DNA of 63,686 nucleotides, filler included. It is 8 parts of 8 records of this genome, joined end to end, with 100 filler letters (N's around TTAATTAATTAA, not from the genome) between each part and the next. Parts side by side here need not be neighbours in the genome. Positions count along the whole stretch, not along the records: positions 4,688 to 13,441 come from SRR20825010_6595; positions 13,542 to 18,625 come from SRR20825010_6601; positions 18,726 to 35,400 come from SRR20825010_6603; 5 more parts are not named here. One strand, given 5' to 3'. The translations under genes were made by a program, and so were the position numbers. This document shows positions 9,980 to 20,240 of the stretch, one piece after another (the first letter of the stretch is position 1; every line of letters starts with the position of its first letter). Below the pieces are notes generated by a model. The model worked only from the letters and a program-made list of their open reading frames with translations, was not told where the DNA came from and did not search any database.

Positions 9980-11665
9980 ATGAGCGAAACGAAAGCGCCA
10001 AGCAATTTTATCAGACAGATCATCGACCGTGACCTCGCAGAAGGTAAAAATGACGGCCAGGTGGCTACCCGTTTTCCGCCGGAGCCCAACGGTTACCTGC
10101 ATATCGGCCATGCGAAATCTATCTGCCTCAACTTCGGTATTGCGGAAAGCTATGGCGGTAGCTGTAATCTGCGCTTCGACGATACCAACCCGGAGAAGGA
10201 AGAGGACGAGTACATCCAGTCCATCAAGCAGGATGTGCAGTGGCTGGGGTTCCAGTGGAACGGTGAAGAGCGCTTTGCCAGTAACTACTTTGACCAGCTG
10301 TATGATCTGGCGGTGGGCCTGATCGAGAAAGGCCTGGCCTATGTGGACAGCCTGAGCCCGACGGAAATCGCTGAATACCGCGGTAATTTCACCACGCCCG
10401 GCAAGCCGAGCCCTTACCGTGACCGGTCTGTGGATGAAAACCTGGCGTTGTTCGAGCAGATGCGCGACAACAAGCTGGACGAAGGCGAGGCGGTGCTGCG
10501 CGCGAAAATCGACATGCAGAGCCCGAATATCAGCCTGCGTGACCCGATTCTCTACCGGATTCGCAAGAAGACCCACCACCAGACCGGTGACAAGTGGGTT
10601 ATCTACCCCATGTATGACTTCACGCACCCGCTGTCGGATGCCATTGAAGGCATTACCCACAGCCTGTGTACGCTGGAATTCGAAGATCATCGTCCCTTTT
10701 ATGATTGGGTAGTGGAGAATACCGCTGTACCGGCCAGTCCCCGCCAGTATGAATTTGCCCGGTTGAACCTGAATTACACAGTGACCAGCAAGCGCAAGCT
10801 CAAGCAGTTGGTGGATGAAGGGCACGTGGATGGCTGGAATGACCCGCGCATGCCGACCATCTCCGGGTTGCGTCGCCGTGGTTACACCCCGGCTTCTATT
10901 CGTACCTTTTGTGAGTCGGTGGGGGTAAGCCGTGCGGATTCGGTGGTGGACATGGGAATGCTGGAAGCGGCGATCCGTGATGACTTGAACCAGTATGCTC
11001 CACGGGCCATGTGCGTGATGAATCCGCTGAAAGTGGTCATCGAGAACTGGGAAGAGGGTAAGGAAGAGTCATTGATTGCGCCGGTGCACCCCCAGAATGA
11101 ATCCATGGGCACCCGGCAGGTGCCGATGACCCGGGAAGTGTATATCGACCGTGAGGATTTTCGGGAAGAGGCCAACAAGAAGTTCAAGCGTCTGGTGTTG
11201 GGTGATCGGGTTCGGTTGCGTTATGGCTATGTGGTGCGTGCAACGGATGTGGTGCGCGATGCACAGGGCGAGATCGTGGAAGTGCGTTGCACCTATGATC
11301 CGGACACCCTGGGCAAGAACCCGGAAAATGCCGAGGACCAGGGCAAGATGCGTGGGGTGATCCATTGGGTCAGCGCGGTAAAAGGGCTGCCCTGCGAAGT
11401 GCGTCTGTATGACCGCTTGTTCAGCGCAGCCAACCCTGGCAAGGGGCTGGAAGAAGGGCAGAGCTTCTTGACGCATATCAATCCTGAGTCCCTGACTGTC
11501 CTGGATGATTGTTGGGTAGAGCCGGGTCTGCGCGGTGCGCTGGCGGAAACCCGTTACCAGTTTGAGCGCGAAGGCTATTTCTGTGTGGATCAGGACAGCA
11601 CCGAAGAGCGGCTGGTGTTCAATCAGACCGTGGGCCTGCGTGAGTCCTGGCCGAAGGAGGCCTGA
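9980..11665 (+). CDS. glnS: Glutamine--tRNA ligase
   Basis: [29 protein letters not shown]. Start reassigned to 9980 ([11 protein letters not shown]). Confidence 0.97.
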   Translation: MSETKAPSNFIRQIIDRDLAEGKNDGQVATRFPPEPNGYLHIGHAKSICLNFGIAESYGGSCNLRFDDTNPEKEEDEYIQSIKQDVQWLGFQWNGEERFASNYFDQLYDLAVGLIEKGLAYVDSLSPTEIAEYRGNFTTPGKPSPYRDRSVDENLALFEQMRDNKLDEGEAVLRAKIDMQSPNISLRDPILYRIRKKTHHQTGDKWVIYPMYDFTHPLSDAIEGITHSLCTLEFEDHRPFYDWVVENTAVPASPRQYEFARLNLNYTVTSKRKLKQLVDEGHVDGWNDPRMPTISGLRRRGYTPASIRTFCESVGVSRADSVVDMGMLEAAIRDDLNQYAPRAMCVMNPLKVVIENWEEGKEESLIAPVHPQNESMGTRQVPMTREVYIDREDFREEANKKFKRLVLGDRVRLRYGYVVRATDVVRDAQGEIVEVRCTYDPDTLGKNPENAEDQGKMRGVIHWVSAVKGLPCEVRLYDRLFSAANPGKGLEEGQSFLTHINPESLTVLDDCWVEPGLRGALAETRYQFEREGYFCVDQDSTEERLVFNQTVGLRESWPKEA

Positions 11666-11718
11666 GTCGCACGCTGGCATGGATCATCGGCTATTGATCG
11701 TTGCGTAGCACTGAAAAC

Positions 11719-11758
11719 AAAAAAGGCCGCTCTCGGATGCTTGAGTGCGGCCTTTTTT
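11719..11758. terminator. Bidirectional intrinsic terminator (glnS/yegP)
   Basis: AAAAAAGGCCGC...GCGGCCTTTTTT. Confidence 0.9.
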
Positions 11759-11771
11759 ATTGTGAGCACTT

Positions 11772-12104
11772 TCAGGTCAGGTCGACCAAAACAGCGGTGG
11801 GTGCATTGGCTGCAACGGATGCAATGCCGTTTTCCATGCCGTCGGCGCTCTTGTACATCTGGCTTTGTCCAATCACCTGGTGGTTGGCGGCCTTGAGGAC
11901 GAAATAGTGCCGTTCGTCCTTGGCGACCTTGCGTTCGAAGTTGTCATCATCGGTGCTGTTCTTGCGTACCGAATCTATGCCGTTCTCGCAGGCGGACTTG
12001 GTGGTGTATTGCTCGCTGGCGAGGATGATCTCGCCGTTACCGGCTTTCAGACGAAAGATGAACTGGTCATTGCTGGCTTTGTCGATCTCGAACTTCCCTG
12101 ACAT
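11772..12104 (-). CDS. yegP: YegP family protein (two DUF1508 repeats)
   Basis: FRLKAGNGEIILASE.Y...ENGIDSV and YFVLKAANHQVIGQSQMY...ENGIASV. Start reassigned to 12104. Confidence 0.92.
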   Translation of the reverse strand: MSGKFEIDKASNDQFIFRLKAGNGEIILASEQYTTKSACENGIDSVRKNSTDDDNFERKVAKDERHYFVLKAANHQVIGQSQMYKSADGMENGIASVAANAPTAVLVDLT

Positions 12105-12291
12105 GGTGCTCTCCTTGGTCTGTCTCAATGGGGCGACTGCAACGAGAAAATCACTGCAGCATCAGGGATGCTAACTCAGCCTGTCAGTGGTGGATATTGA
12201 CGATTTTATGACAGCGCACGGGGCAAAGATGATGAGGGCGTGATGGGGGAAGTAGGGAAGAGTAGGGCGCCTGAGGCGCCCCGGTTGGCTT

Positions 12292-13137
12292 TCAGCCGAA
12301 GGCTTTCTCGCCGGATTGCAGGGTCTGGAAGATCAGGGTGTTGATCGTCATTGGCCCGACTCCACCCGGGACCGGTGTATAGGCGGCCACGCGATCAACC
12401 AGCGGCGCCAGTTCAATATCCCCGCACTTTTGCGGGTGAAAGCCGGCATCGACTACCACTGCGCCATCCTTGATCCAGTCCGCCTTGATGAATTCCGGTT
12501 TGCCCACGGCGCCGACAACAATGTCTGCCTGCTTCACCAGGGCCGGCAGGTCCTGGGTGCGGCTGTGGCAAATGGTGACGGTGGCATTGGCTTCGAGCAG
12601 CATCATGGCCATGGGTTTGCCCAGAATCGCGCTGCGACCCACCACGACGGCATGTTTGCCTTCCAGCTCCACCTGATGGTGCTCCAGCAACCGCATGATG
12701 CCCTTGGGCGTGGCGCAACCGTAGGCGGCTTCACCCATGCTCATGCGGCCAAACCCGAGGCAGGTGACGCCGTCCACATCTTTTTCCAGGCTGATAGCGT
12801 CGAAACAGGCGCGCTCGTCGATCTGGGCGGGGACCGGGTGTTGCAACAAAATGCCGTGTACATCCGGGTTGCTATTCAGTTCGTCAATCTTGGCCAGTAG
12901 CTGTTCTGTGGTGGTGTCTTCACTGAGCTCGATGGCCACGGATTCCATGCCAACACGCTGGCAGGCGTTGCCTTTCATCTTTACATAGGTGGCGGAGGCA
13001 GGGTCAGCCCCCACCAGAATGGTGGCAAGAATCGGCGTACGGCCGTTGGCCTTGGCTTTCAGGGTGTCGACACGCAAGCGCATCTCCTGTTCAAACTGCT
13101 GGGCCAGGGTTTTGCCATCAAGAATCTGGGCGGTCAT
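12292..13137 (-). CDS. folD: Methylenetetrahydrofolate dehydrogenase/cyclohydrolase
   Basis: [38 protein letters not shown]. Confidence 0.97.
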   Translation of the reverse strand: MTAQILDGKTLAQQFEQEMRLRVDTLKAKANGRTPILATILVGADPASATYVKMKGNACQRVGMESVAIELSEDTTTEQLLAKIDELNSNPDVHGILLQHPVPAQIDERACFDAISLEKDVDGVTCLGFGRMSMGEAAYGCATPKGIMRLLEHHQVELEGKHAVVVGRSAILGKPMAMMLLEANATVTICHSRTQDLPALVKQADIVVGAVGKPEFIKADWIKDGAVVVDAGFHPQKCGDIELAPLVDRVAAYTPVPGGVGPMTINTLIFQTLQSGEKAFG

Positions 13138-13321
13138 GTGGGCGGTCTCTCTGAAATTGACTACATATTAGGAGGTGCGGCTCGGCGGGATGCGCTAATA
13201 ACAGCCAGCCGGGGTAGCCGTGAACGGCGCGATTCTCGCATGCGCAGGCACTGCGCGCAAAAAATGGACGCAAAAGTTGCCTAAAATCTGAACGTTAGAC
13301 ATTTTTTTGCGTCAAACCCCG

Positions 13322-13357
13322 TTGACGCTTATGGGGGTGCCGAGTATTATGCGCGCC
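13322..13357 (+). promoter_or_regulatory. Sigma70 promoter with GC-rich discriminator for the tRNA gene
   Basis: TTGACG (13322-13327)-N17-TATTAT (13345-13350)-GCGCGCC, typical of stringently controlled stable-RNA promoters. Confidence 0.85.
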
Positions 13358-13395
13358 TCGCTTTCGAGCTTAGTTGCTAACTTTGCTTTATGAGA

Positions 13396-13441
13396 CGGGG
13401 TGTAGCGCAGCCTGGTAGCGCGCCTGCTTTGGGAGCAGGAT
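13396..13441 (+). tRNA. tRNA-Pro(UGG), 3' part cut by contig end
   Basis: CGGGGTG-TAGCGCAGCCTGGTAGCGC; anticodon arm CCTGC-TTTGGGA-GCAGG. Confidence 0.93.
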
Positions 13442-13541
13442 NNNNNNNNNNNNNNNNNNNNNNNNNNNNNNNNNNNNNNNNNNNNTTAATTAATTAANNN
13501 NNNNNNNNNNNNNNNNNNNNNNNNNNNNNNNNNNNNNNNNN
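13442..13541. other. Artificial contig linker
   Basis: N44-TTAATTAATTAA-N44. Confidence 0.99.
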
Positions 13542-13752
13542 TCACCTTGATGACGGCTTCTTCACCTTCCTTGAACCGCAATGTCGGGCCCGGTGAAGCC
13601 CCGTTATACCCAATACCTGTGGTCTGCATATCTCCGGTGTCGATGGTGACATAGTCTACCGATAGATCATAAGTTGCCGCTTGTGCCGGGCAGGTCACAG
13701 CAATCGCGGCAAGCGCACCCAGAATGGCGCGTCCAGCAAATTTGATTTTCAT
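13542..13752 (-). CDS. Multicopper oxidase (CopA/PcoA-like), N-terminal fragment
   Basis: Signal peptide then YDLSVD...GYNGASPGPTLRFKEGEEAVIKV, the first cupredoxin domain of multicopper oxidases. Confidence 0.85.
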
Positions 13753-13827
13753 TTTTCATTTCCAGAATCTTTGTGCGCCAGAGGCAGAAGAAAAGGCAAC
13801 CTCTGGCGCGGAACAAAGGGGCGCGAA

Positions 13828-14397
13828 TTACTGCAAGTCGACTTTACCAACCATGCCGCTTTCATAGTGGCCCGGGACATTGCAGGCGAATTCAAGTTCC
13901 GCTGCTTTGGGGAATGTCCAGATCACCTCAGCCGTTTTTCCCGGCTCAAGCAAAACACTGTTGGGATCGTCATGCTTCATCGTCATGCCGTTCCCCATGT
14001 CCATTTCCATCTTGTCCATATGGATTTTATCAACATCAAGCACTCCATGCTCGACCATCATCATCATTTCTTTCTGATGACCGGCATGCATGGCCGCTGT
14101 GCCGATATTGAATTCGTGCACAAATTCGCCTTTGTTTTCGACCAGAAAACGAACCGTCTCACCGCCATTGACGGTGATTTTCTCCGGGTCGTAAAAGTTA
14201 TCTTCCATCGTGATCTGAATGGTCCGGCTCACATCGGAAATCTTGCCCGGTGCGCCACTTTCAGAAGCCGCGTCGCTGTTATGGCCACCACTGTGACCTG
14301 CAGCGGCAAAAGCAGGCGTCTGCAATGCCATAACGGCCCCCAACACAAAGGTTGAAGCGGCAAAAATACGCATAGAAGATGTTTTGAAGCTGGGCAT
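13828..14397 (-). CDS. Periplasmic cupredoxin copper-binding protein (CopI-like), Met/His-rich
   Basis: Signal peptide, HEFNIG, Met-rich insert, C-terminal FACNVPGHYESGM type-1 copper ligands. Confidence 0.9.
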   Translation of the reverse strand: MPSFKTSSMRIFAASTFVLGAVMALQTPAFAAAGHSGGHNSDAASESGAPGKISDVSRTIQITMEDNFYDPEKITVNGGETVRFLVENKGEFVHEFNIGTAAMHAGHQKEMMMMVEHGVLDVDKIHMDKMEMDMGNGMTMKHDDPNSVLLEPGKTAEVIWTFPKAAELEFACNVPGHYESGMVGKVDLQ

Positions 14398-14527
14398 GTA
14401 AATGCCTCCTGAGAAATATTCACAAGAATGCCCTCACAACGCACACGTCAGGCGTCATTGCGTATCGTTTCCCGTAAGAAAAGGGAAATCACGCATAAGG
14501 GCTACAATGTTAGAAAGGTGAATTTTC

Positions 14528-14848
14528 TCAGATACGCGGGGGTTTAATCCGAACGTCGATTTCCACAGATGACGCCGTACGTTCTTTTGTCCAGTATGTG
14601 ACATTCTCAACAACGGGAACCGTCATCCAGATACCGGAAAGTTCCTGCACAAACGGACCACAAACGGCCATACCGCACATATCGGGATGTGCCGCATGTT
14701 GTTCATGCTGTCCTGTCTGCGACATGCTTGCCGCCATGCCGTGATGTCCATTACCGGAATTTGCAACACTTGCTTGCACACCATCAATGCCCGACAGCAA
14801 AACTGTCAGCATGATAAAAAGTGAAAGGAGGCAAGAAACAAATCGCAA
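14528..14848 (-). CDS. Small exported His/Cys protein, CopL/DUF2946-like leader ORF
   Basis: Hydrophobic N-terminus, His/Met tract, CGMAVC, C-terminal RIKPPRI; first gene of the copper operon. TTG start uncertain. Confidence 0.65.
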   Translation of the reverse strand: MRFVSCLLSLFIMLTVLLSGIDGVQASVANSGNGHHGMAASMSQTGQHEQHAAHPDMCGMAVCGPFVQELSGIWMTVPVVENVTYWTKERTASSVEIDVRIKPPRI

Positions 14849-15109
14849 GGTATTTTCCTGTGATCAAGTTGCATCAAGATCAGTATATAGCACCGTCATA
14901 ACCGTCAAGCGGCAATATTGTGGCAAGACAACCTGCACAATCAAACAGTCAGGTTTCTGGCGGTTTCCTGACTGAACCACATCCGCGATCCGTTGGCTTT
15001 CAAACAAAATGCCGCGCCTGATTTACCAAATCCGGCAATCTTGCCATACCTTCACTGCGCTCTTACGATAACGGGCATGGCACCCCGGACGGCAAAGGAA
15101 CAGCTCGCA

Positions 15110-15532
15110 ATGCTACGCCAAGATCAGACCACGCTTGAAATCACCACCAGCGGTCAGGGCCTGTATGAAATCACCGATCCGGTTCAATCATGGATCGCCC
15201 AATCCGGCCTGTCTTGTGGTCAACTGACCGTCTTTGTCCGCCATACATCGGCCAGCCTGACCATTCAGGAAAATGCCGACCCGGATGTGCGGCGTGATCT
15301 CGAAACCTTCTTTGCCCAACTCGTGCAAGAAAATCCATCCCTTTATCGTCACACCTGCGAAGGGCCGGACGATATGCCCGCCCACATCAAATCCGCCCTG
15401 ACCGATGTGTCTTTGACCCTTCCGGTTGGCGATGGCCGGGCAATGCTCGGCACCTGGCAGGGGATTTATCTGTTTGAACATCGCCATGCGCCCCACCGGC
15501 GCAAAGTCACCCTGCATCTGATCGGGGAATAG
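15110..15532 (+). CDS. yjbQ: YjbQ / UPF0047 family protein
   Basis: RHTSASLTIQENADPDV, EGPDDMPAHIKS, LGTWQGIYLFEHR. Start reassigned to 15110. Confidence 0.93.
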   Translation: MLRQDQTTLEITTSGQGLYEITDPVQSWIAQSGLSCGQLTVFVRHTSASLTIQENADPDVRRDLETFFAQLVQENPSLYRHTCEGPDDMPAHIKSALTDVSLTLPVGDGRAMLGTWQGIYLFEHRHAPHRRKVTLHLIGE

Positions 15533-15539
15533 TGCGGAA

Positions 15540-16160
15540 TTACGCCGCCAGTTCGGGCTTTGTCGCCCAAAGCCCCATCACCTGTGCCTCGATCAATTCG
15601 CGCAATGTTGCGCACATATCTTCGCAGTCGAAATTCTGGCGGCTCATATGTTCGTGGATGGTAAACAGGAAAAGCGCCATCAGGCTTTTACGGATCAGTT
15701 CCGGCGACAGGTCAGGATTGAGTTCCCCTGAAAGCTGCGCTTCTTCGATCAATGCCTGAATCGCCTTGATCAGACCGCTGCTTTGCATCAGGTCCTGCAC
15801 CGCCCCTTTGCGCGGGCTGAACACCACATGCTGCATGATCACCTGCCACATACCGGGATTAAGACCGATCTGGGCAAAGCGATAAGATGCCACATGCATC
15901 AGCCTGTCCACAAAGCACCATTCCGGGTCCATGGTATAAAGACCGATTTCAATCGCCTCGGCCATTTGCGCCCCGATGCAGCAAATCACCAGTTCTTCCT
16001 TGGTGGGGAAATGATTGAAAATCGTGCCTTCGGCCACACCGGCCCGCTTGGCTATTTCGCGGGTGGATGCGCTATCAAAATCGCCATTCGCAAAACAGCT
16101 GCGTGCGGCTTCCAGGATCTTTTGGCGGGTTTCTTCGCGTTTGGTCGCCCGGATATTCAT
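15540..16160 (-). CDS. TetR/AcrR family transcriptional regulator
   Basis: STREIAKRAGVAEGTIFNHFPTKEEL helix-turn-helix; GGAGAGG RBS before ATG 16160. Confidence 0.92.
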   Translation of the reverse strand: MNIRATKREETRQKILEAARSCFANGDFDSASTREIAKRAGVAEGTIFNHFPTKEELVICCIGAQMAEAIEIGLYTMDPEWCFVDRLMHVASYRFAQIGLNPGMWQVIMQHVVFSPRKGAVQDLMQSSGLIKAIQALIEEAQLSGELNPDLSPELIRKSLMALFLFTIHEHMSRQNFDCEDMCATLRELIEAQVMGLWATKPELAA

Positions 16161-16178
16161 GGGGCCTCTCCGATTGGA

Positions 16179-16203
16179 TGAGTTCACTCAATGAGTACAC
16201 TCA
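16179..16203. promoter_or_regulatory. Two tandem palindromic operators upstream of tetR
   Basis: TGAGTTCACTCA (16179-16190) and TGAGTACACTCA (16192-16203); TTGACA on the minus strand at 16225-16230. Confidence 0.75.
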
Positions 16204-16241
16204 CCTAAACCGCATAAGCCGATCTGTCAATTACCGTGATC

Positions 16242-17150
16242 TTAAAGTGGTGCCGCTGCGCGCATACGGCGACTTTCGCGAATACCCAGAAGGCTATGGA
16301 ACACCAATGTCACGATGACGATTGTGCCGCATATAAGGGTCATCCGGCCCGGTGTTTCATCAATCACCAGCCATACCAGAAACGATCCAAGGATCGCTTC
16401 ATTCAGCATGATCAACCCGACCTCGGCGGCGGGAATTTTGCGTGCGCCAGCGGAAATAAACAAGAATGATACCGGCAGCACCCAGAACCCCAACATCAAA
16501 AGCCAAACCCAGTCCATGCCCGTCACACTAAACGGCTCCGCCGTTGGCAGCAGGATCAGTGCCCCCATACAGGAGCCAAACAGCATGGCCTTGATTTCAT
16601 TGATCTGCGGCCGTGCGCCAATGACGTTAAAGAACCCGGCCATACAGGTCGCGGCACACAGGGCAAGTACATCGCCAAGAGCATTTTCCCCGCCAAACCC
16701 GGCCCCGACAATCAAGGCAAGGGCGACAAACACCACGACGGACGCCACCCATGTCCGCATCGGTTGGTTGCGTTTAAACACCAACACCCCGATCACACCG
16801 GCAATCAGCGGGGTTGCGGCAATGATCACCAATGTGTTTGCCGCATCGGTATTGCGGATCGACAGGATAAAGAAAATCGTCGTGCCGCAAAAAAACAGAC
16901 CGGCGGGAATTTCATGGCGTCCGGGCATGACCGAGGCAACAAACCCTTGCCCCTTATAGTGCCCCTTTATCAGCGCCATCACAAAGGTCGCAACCGCCAG
17001 AAAACCGATCCGCCAGAATGACGCCGTCATATCGTCCACTTCGATCAGGCGGATCAATAAGGCATCCGGGCAAATGACAAGCACCCCGATCAGGGCAAGC
17101 CACGCACCGTGCAAATTTCCGACCTGATTGCGAAACGACATATTTTGCAA
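16242..17150 (-). CDS. DMT/EamA family transporter
   Basis: About ten hydrophobic segments in two EamA-like halves. Confidence 0.88.
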   Translation of the reverse strand: MQNMSFRNQVGNLHGAWLALIGVLVICPDALLIRLIEVDDMTASFWRIGFLAVATFVMALIKGHYKGQGFVASVMPGRHEIPAGLFFCGTTIFFILSIRNTDAANTLVIIAATPLIAGVIGVLVFKRNQPMRTWVASVVVFVALALIVGAGFGGENALGDVLALCAATCMAGFFNVIGARPQINEIKAMLFGSCMGALILLPTAEPFSVTGMDWVWLLMLGFWVLPVSFLFISAGARKIPAAEVGLIMLNEAILGSFLVWLVIDETPGRMTLICGTIVIVTLVFHSLLGIRESRRMRAAAPL

Positions 17151-17407
17151 CTTTCAATCAATTGATATCAAACTAAAAAACACGCCTTGCCTTTGATTCC
17201 GCGCATCAATTTTGACCCTATAGTAGTGCGGTGCTTTGGCCTTGAAGGCAATGTCATTTTTCTCAAACCTCGGTGAAACAGCTTCAAGCAATTAACCACA
17301 TTGCAATAATGCTGCGTCGCACACGAAAAGAAACTGTTTTGTTCAGAACCCAAGGCCGTTAAGTTCGGCAAAATGACACGCCACCGCAGTAAAAAGGATC
17401 GATCATT

Positions 17408-17875
17408 ATGGCTGGTAAAATTGACGCACAGCTTGCCAAACTTGGCATCACCCTGCCCCAGGCCACCGCACCGGTTGCCAATTACGTGCCCTATATTGTG
17501 TCAAACAACCTTGTCCACATCTCGGGTCAGATCACCATGGAAAATGGCGAGCTGAAATTTGTCGGCAAACTTGGCAAGGATTTCGATGTTGAAACCGGCC
17601 AGAAGGCAGCCCGCCTCTGTGCGCTGAACCTGATTGCGCAGCTTAAATCCGCGATTGGCGATCTTGATAAAGTCACCCGCGTGGTCAAACTGAACGCATT
17701 CGTGAACTCCGCTCCGGACTTCACCGATCAGCCCAAAGTCGTCAATGGCGCGTCCGACACCATGGTCGAAGTCTTTGGCGACCTTGGCAAACATGCAAGG
17801 TCCGCTGTTGGTGTGGCCTCCCTGCCGCTTGGTGTCGCGGTCGAGATTGACGGCATTTTCGAAGTCGCCGACTAA
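17408..17875 (+). CDS. RidA/YjgF family protein
   Basis: PVANYVP, ISGQ, VNGASD, HARSAVGV..LP.GVAVEI. Confidence 0.93.
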   Translation: MAGKIDAQLAKLGITLPQATAPVANYVPYIVSNNLVHISGQITMENGELKFVGKLGKDFDVETGQKAARLCALNLIAQLKSAIGDLDKVTRVVKLNAFVNSAPDFTDQPKVVNGASDTMVEVFGDLGKHARSAVGVASLPLGVAVEIDGIFEVAD

Positions 17876-17897
17876 ACCTGATCACATCATCGAAATC

Positions 17898-17923
17898 AAG
17901 CCGGGCCATCGCCCGGCTTTTTT
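17898..17923 (+). terminator. Intrinsic terminator
   Basis: AAGCCGGGC-CATC-GCCCGGCTT-TTTT. Confidence 0.85.
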
Positions 17924-18006
17924 GTGCCCGATGGCCGTTAAAACCTGCTTGACCTCAATCGCGGTTGAGGTCCGATAAGCACCGCATCACATCCAAAAGG
18001 AGATCT

Positions 18007-18625
18007 ATGATGCGTGTCTTCATCACCGGTGGCACCGGCCTGATCGGATCGGCGGTTCTTAAAAACCTGATTGCCCATGATCATAAGGTGTTCGCCCTTG
18101 CCCGGTCCGAGAACAGCAAAAACAAACTGATCACCGCCGGGGCAACCCCGATCATGGGCGATATCACCGACCCTGAAAAATGGTGTGCCGACATCCCCGA
18201 AATCGATGGTTTCATTCACACCGCCTGTGATTTCTCCGATCAGATGGCACAAAACGATGCCATCCTGCTCGATCAATTGATCCCGGCCCTGCATCGCCAA
18301 GACCGTCCGGTGCGCCTGATCTATACCGGCGGCATCTGGCTGTATCCAGAATCCTCGCCCTCAGACCCGATGATGGATGAAACCACCGCCTTTGCCCCCT
18401 TACCGGAATTTCAATGGGGGATCGCGGGCATCAACCGCGTTCTTTCGGATGAAAAAATCGAAGGCATCATCCTTCATCCGGCCTGCGTTTATGCCAGTGG
18501 CAAAAAGGGCCGAACCGGGCATTTTGACCGTGATATCGAAACTGCAAAAACGGAAAACCGCGTTACCGTGATTGGCGGGGATAACATCTATCAACCCTTG
18601 GTCCACGCCGACGACCTGGCTGATC
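18007..18625 (+). CDS. NAD-dependent epimerase/dehydratase family (3' truncated)
   Basis: VFITGGTGLIG Rossmann motif, LVHADDLA; AAGGAG RBS before 18007. Confidence 0.88.
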
Positions 18626-18725
18626 NNNNNNNNNNNNNNNNNNNNNNNNNNNNNNNNNNNNNNNNNNNNTTAATTAATTAANNNNNNNNNNNNNNNNNNN
18701 NNNNNNNNNNNNNNNNNNNNNNNNN
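18626..18725. other. Artificial contig linker
   Basis: N44-TTAATTAATTAA-N44. Confidence 0.99.
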
Positions 18726-19122
18726 CTATAGAACCTGCGATGAATTTAATCTTATTGCCAAAGCGTTGATCATTTCCTGAGAAACCTCCGTAATGTGCAT
18801 GCCAAACCAACTTGCTAGAAGGGAGAAATTGCTTTAGCATTACGCCCCAAAATACGGATGAATCGTGGACATGAATGTGAGTGGGTTTGAAGTTTCGGGC
18901 TGTGGAAATAAATTGTCTAAAAGCCTTGAAATCAGAAAATGACTTCTTATGGAGACAAAGAAAGCTCTCCTTGTCCAGTAGAAAGTCATTCATAGGGCCG
19001 TTTGACCTGCTAGCAACGAGGATATTGGGAATGTTTTCTTTAGAAAACAGGTTTGCAATATTTACAGCCATCCGTTCTGCGCCACCGACTGCCATGGAAT
19101 CTATCAGTTGTAGGATTCTCAT
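18726..19122 (-). CDS. Glycosyltransferase family 4 (3' truncated)
   Basis: MRILQLIDSMAVGGAERMAVN, IHVH, VWHAH. Start reassigned to 19122. Confidence 0.88.
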
Positions 19123-20240
19123 TTTAGTCTTTCGATTTCTGACTGAAATGTCTCCAAGGTGTAGTTCCTTGCCCAATCCATAGCTGCTTTCCCCATGCGT
19201 TCGAATTCCTTAGTATCTTCTAGCAATGTCACTAATTGCTCAAAAATTTGCTGGGGATCTTTACTTACCAAAACTCCTCTTTCTCTATTTTCCCCAATCA
19301 TTTGAGGCACACAACTTACTCTAGAAGTAAAGGGGATACAGCCCCAAAACATTGCTTCTGCAACTGCTTTAGGCCAGCCTTCTGTTTTGGAAACAAAAAT
19401 AAGGAAGTGTGACTCTTGGAGGATTTGTTTTACTGTGTCTGCATCTACATTTCCCTTGAAAATGACATTACCCTGTAATCCCAACGCAAGAGATTGAGCT
19501 TCCAATTCTTGTCGCATGACGCCATCACCACAATAGACAAATTCAAAATTAAGCCCAGCCTGCTTCATCAAGTTGGACAGCTGGAGACCAATTTCTGGAT
19601 TTTTGCCATCATACAAGGCTCCCACAAATACTAGCTTTATTTTTTGGTTAACTGGACTTTTGGAAACAGGTTCCTTTTCCGAATCCGTATAGCTGGCTGT
19701 AAAAAATGGAAGCACATTAGTACTGCTATCTGGCCAATCACCGTACACTAAAACTTTAGCGTTTTTGGTTAAAAAGGGGCTGTTTGCGATGAATCTTTGG
19801 ATTTTATAGGTACGTGGCTGTTGGGATAGACCATCCCAGTTTCCCGCATACTTGATTGTCTTTGGTTTTGAAGGGAAAAATATCTGAACAAACATCGCCA
19901 ATAGGCCCATATTGCCTGGGATTCTGATGTGAATATGCTTGGCGTTGCGCATGGCTTTTGCAATTTGAAAAATGATGCCTGGCAAATCGAATATTGTCTT
20001 AAAAATAGCCTGAACGCTTTGTACATGGTACGCAGGAACAGTGACAAAGCGCAGTTGCTTGTGCTTATATTTTAGGTCAATTTTCCCCGGTTTTGTTTCA
20101 CTCATTAAGGGGGCTACTACTGAAACGGAGTTTTCCTTTTCTATCCACAGGTTCATTTCCCTGACATAGGGACCATAGGCATAATAGTCTCCATTTTCAC
20201 TTGTGTGATGTACACAGGTGATTATTAAAAAATCATCCAT
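19119..20240 (-). CDS. Glycosyltransferase family 4
   Basis: FVGAL...K, SKTEGWPKAVAEAM (EX7E). Confidence 0.9.
   Translation of the reverse strand: MDDFLIITCVHHTSENGDYYAYGPYVREMNLWIEKENSVSVVAPLMSETKPGKIDLKYKHKQLRFVTVPAYHVQSVQAIFKTIFDLPGIIFQIAKAMRNAKHIHIRIPGNMGLLAMFVQIFFPSKPKTIKYAGNWDGLSQQPRTYKIQRFIANSPFLTKNAKVLVYGDWPDSSTNVLPFFTASYTDSEKEPVSKSPVNQKIKLVFVGALYDGKNPEIGLQLSNLMKQAGLNFEFVYCGDGVMRQELEAQSLALGLQGNVIFKGNVDADTVKQILQESHFLIFVSKTEGWPKAVAEAMFWGCIPFTSRVSCVPQMIGENRERGVLVSKDPQQIFEQLVTLLEDTKEFERMGKAAMDWARNYTLETFQSEIERLK

Noticed and set aside
9959-11680. Long antisense ORFs opposite glnS (and similar ones opposite acnB, lpxH, folD, ivd, thiolase, DUF599)
   Set aside because: Shadow frames expected from codon bias in GC-rich genes; no motifs.
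13138-13320. Possible folate/ZTP riboswitch upstream of folD
   Set aside because: Conserved ZTP (pfl) motifs not found by eye; an Rfam scan would be needed to exclude it fully.
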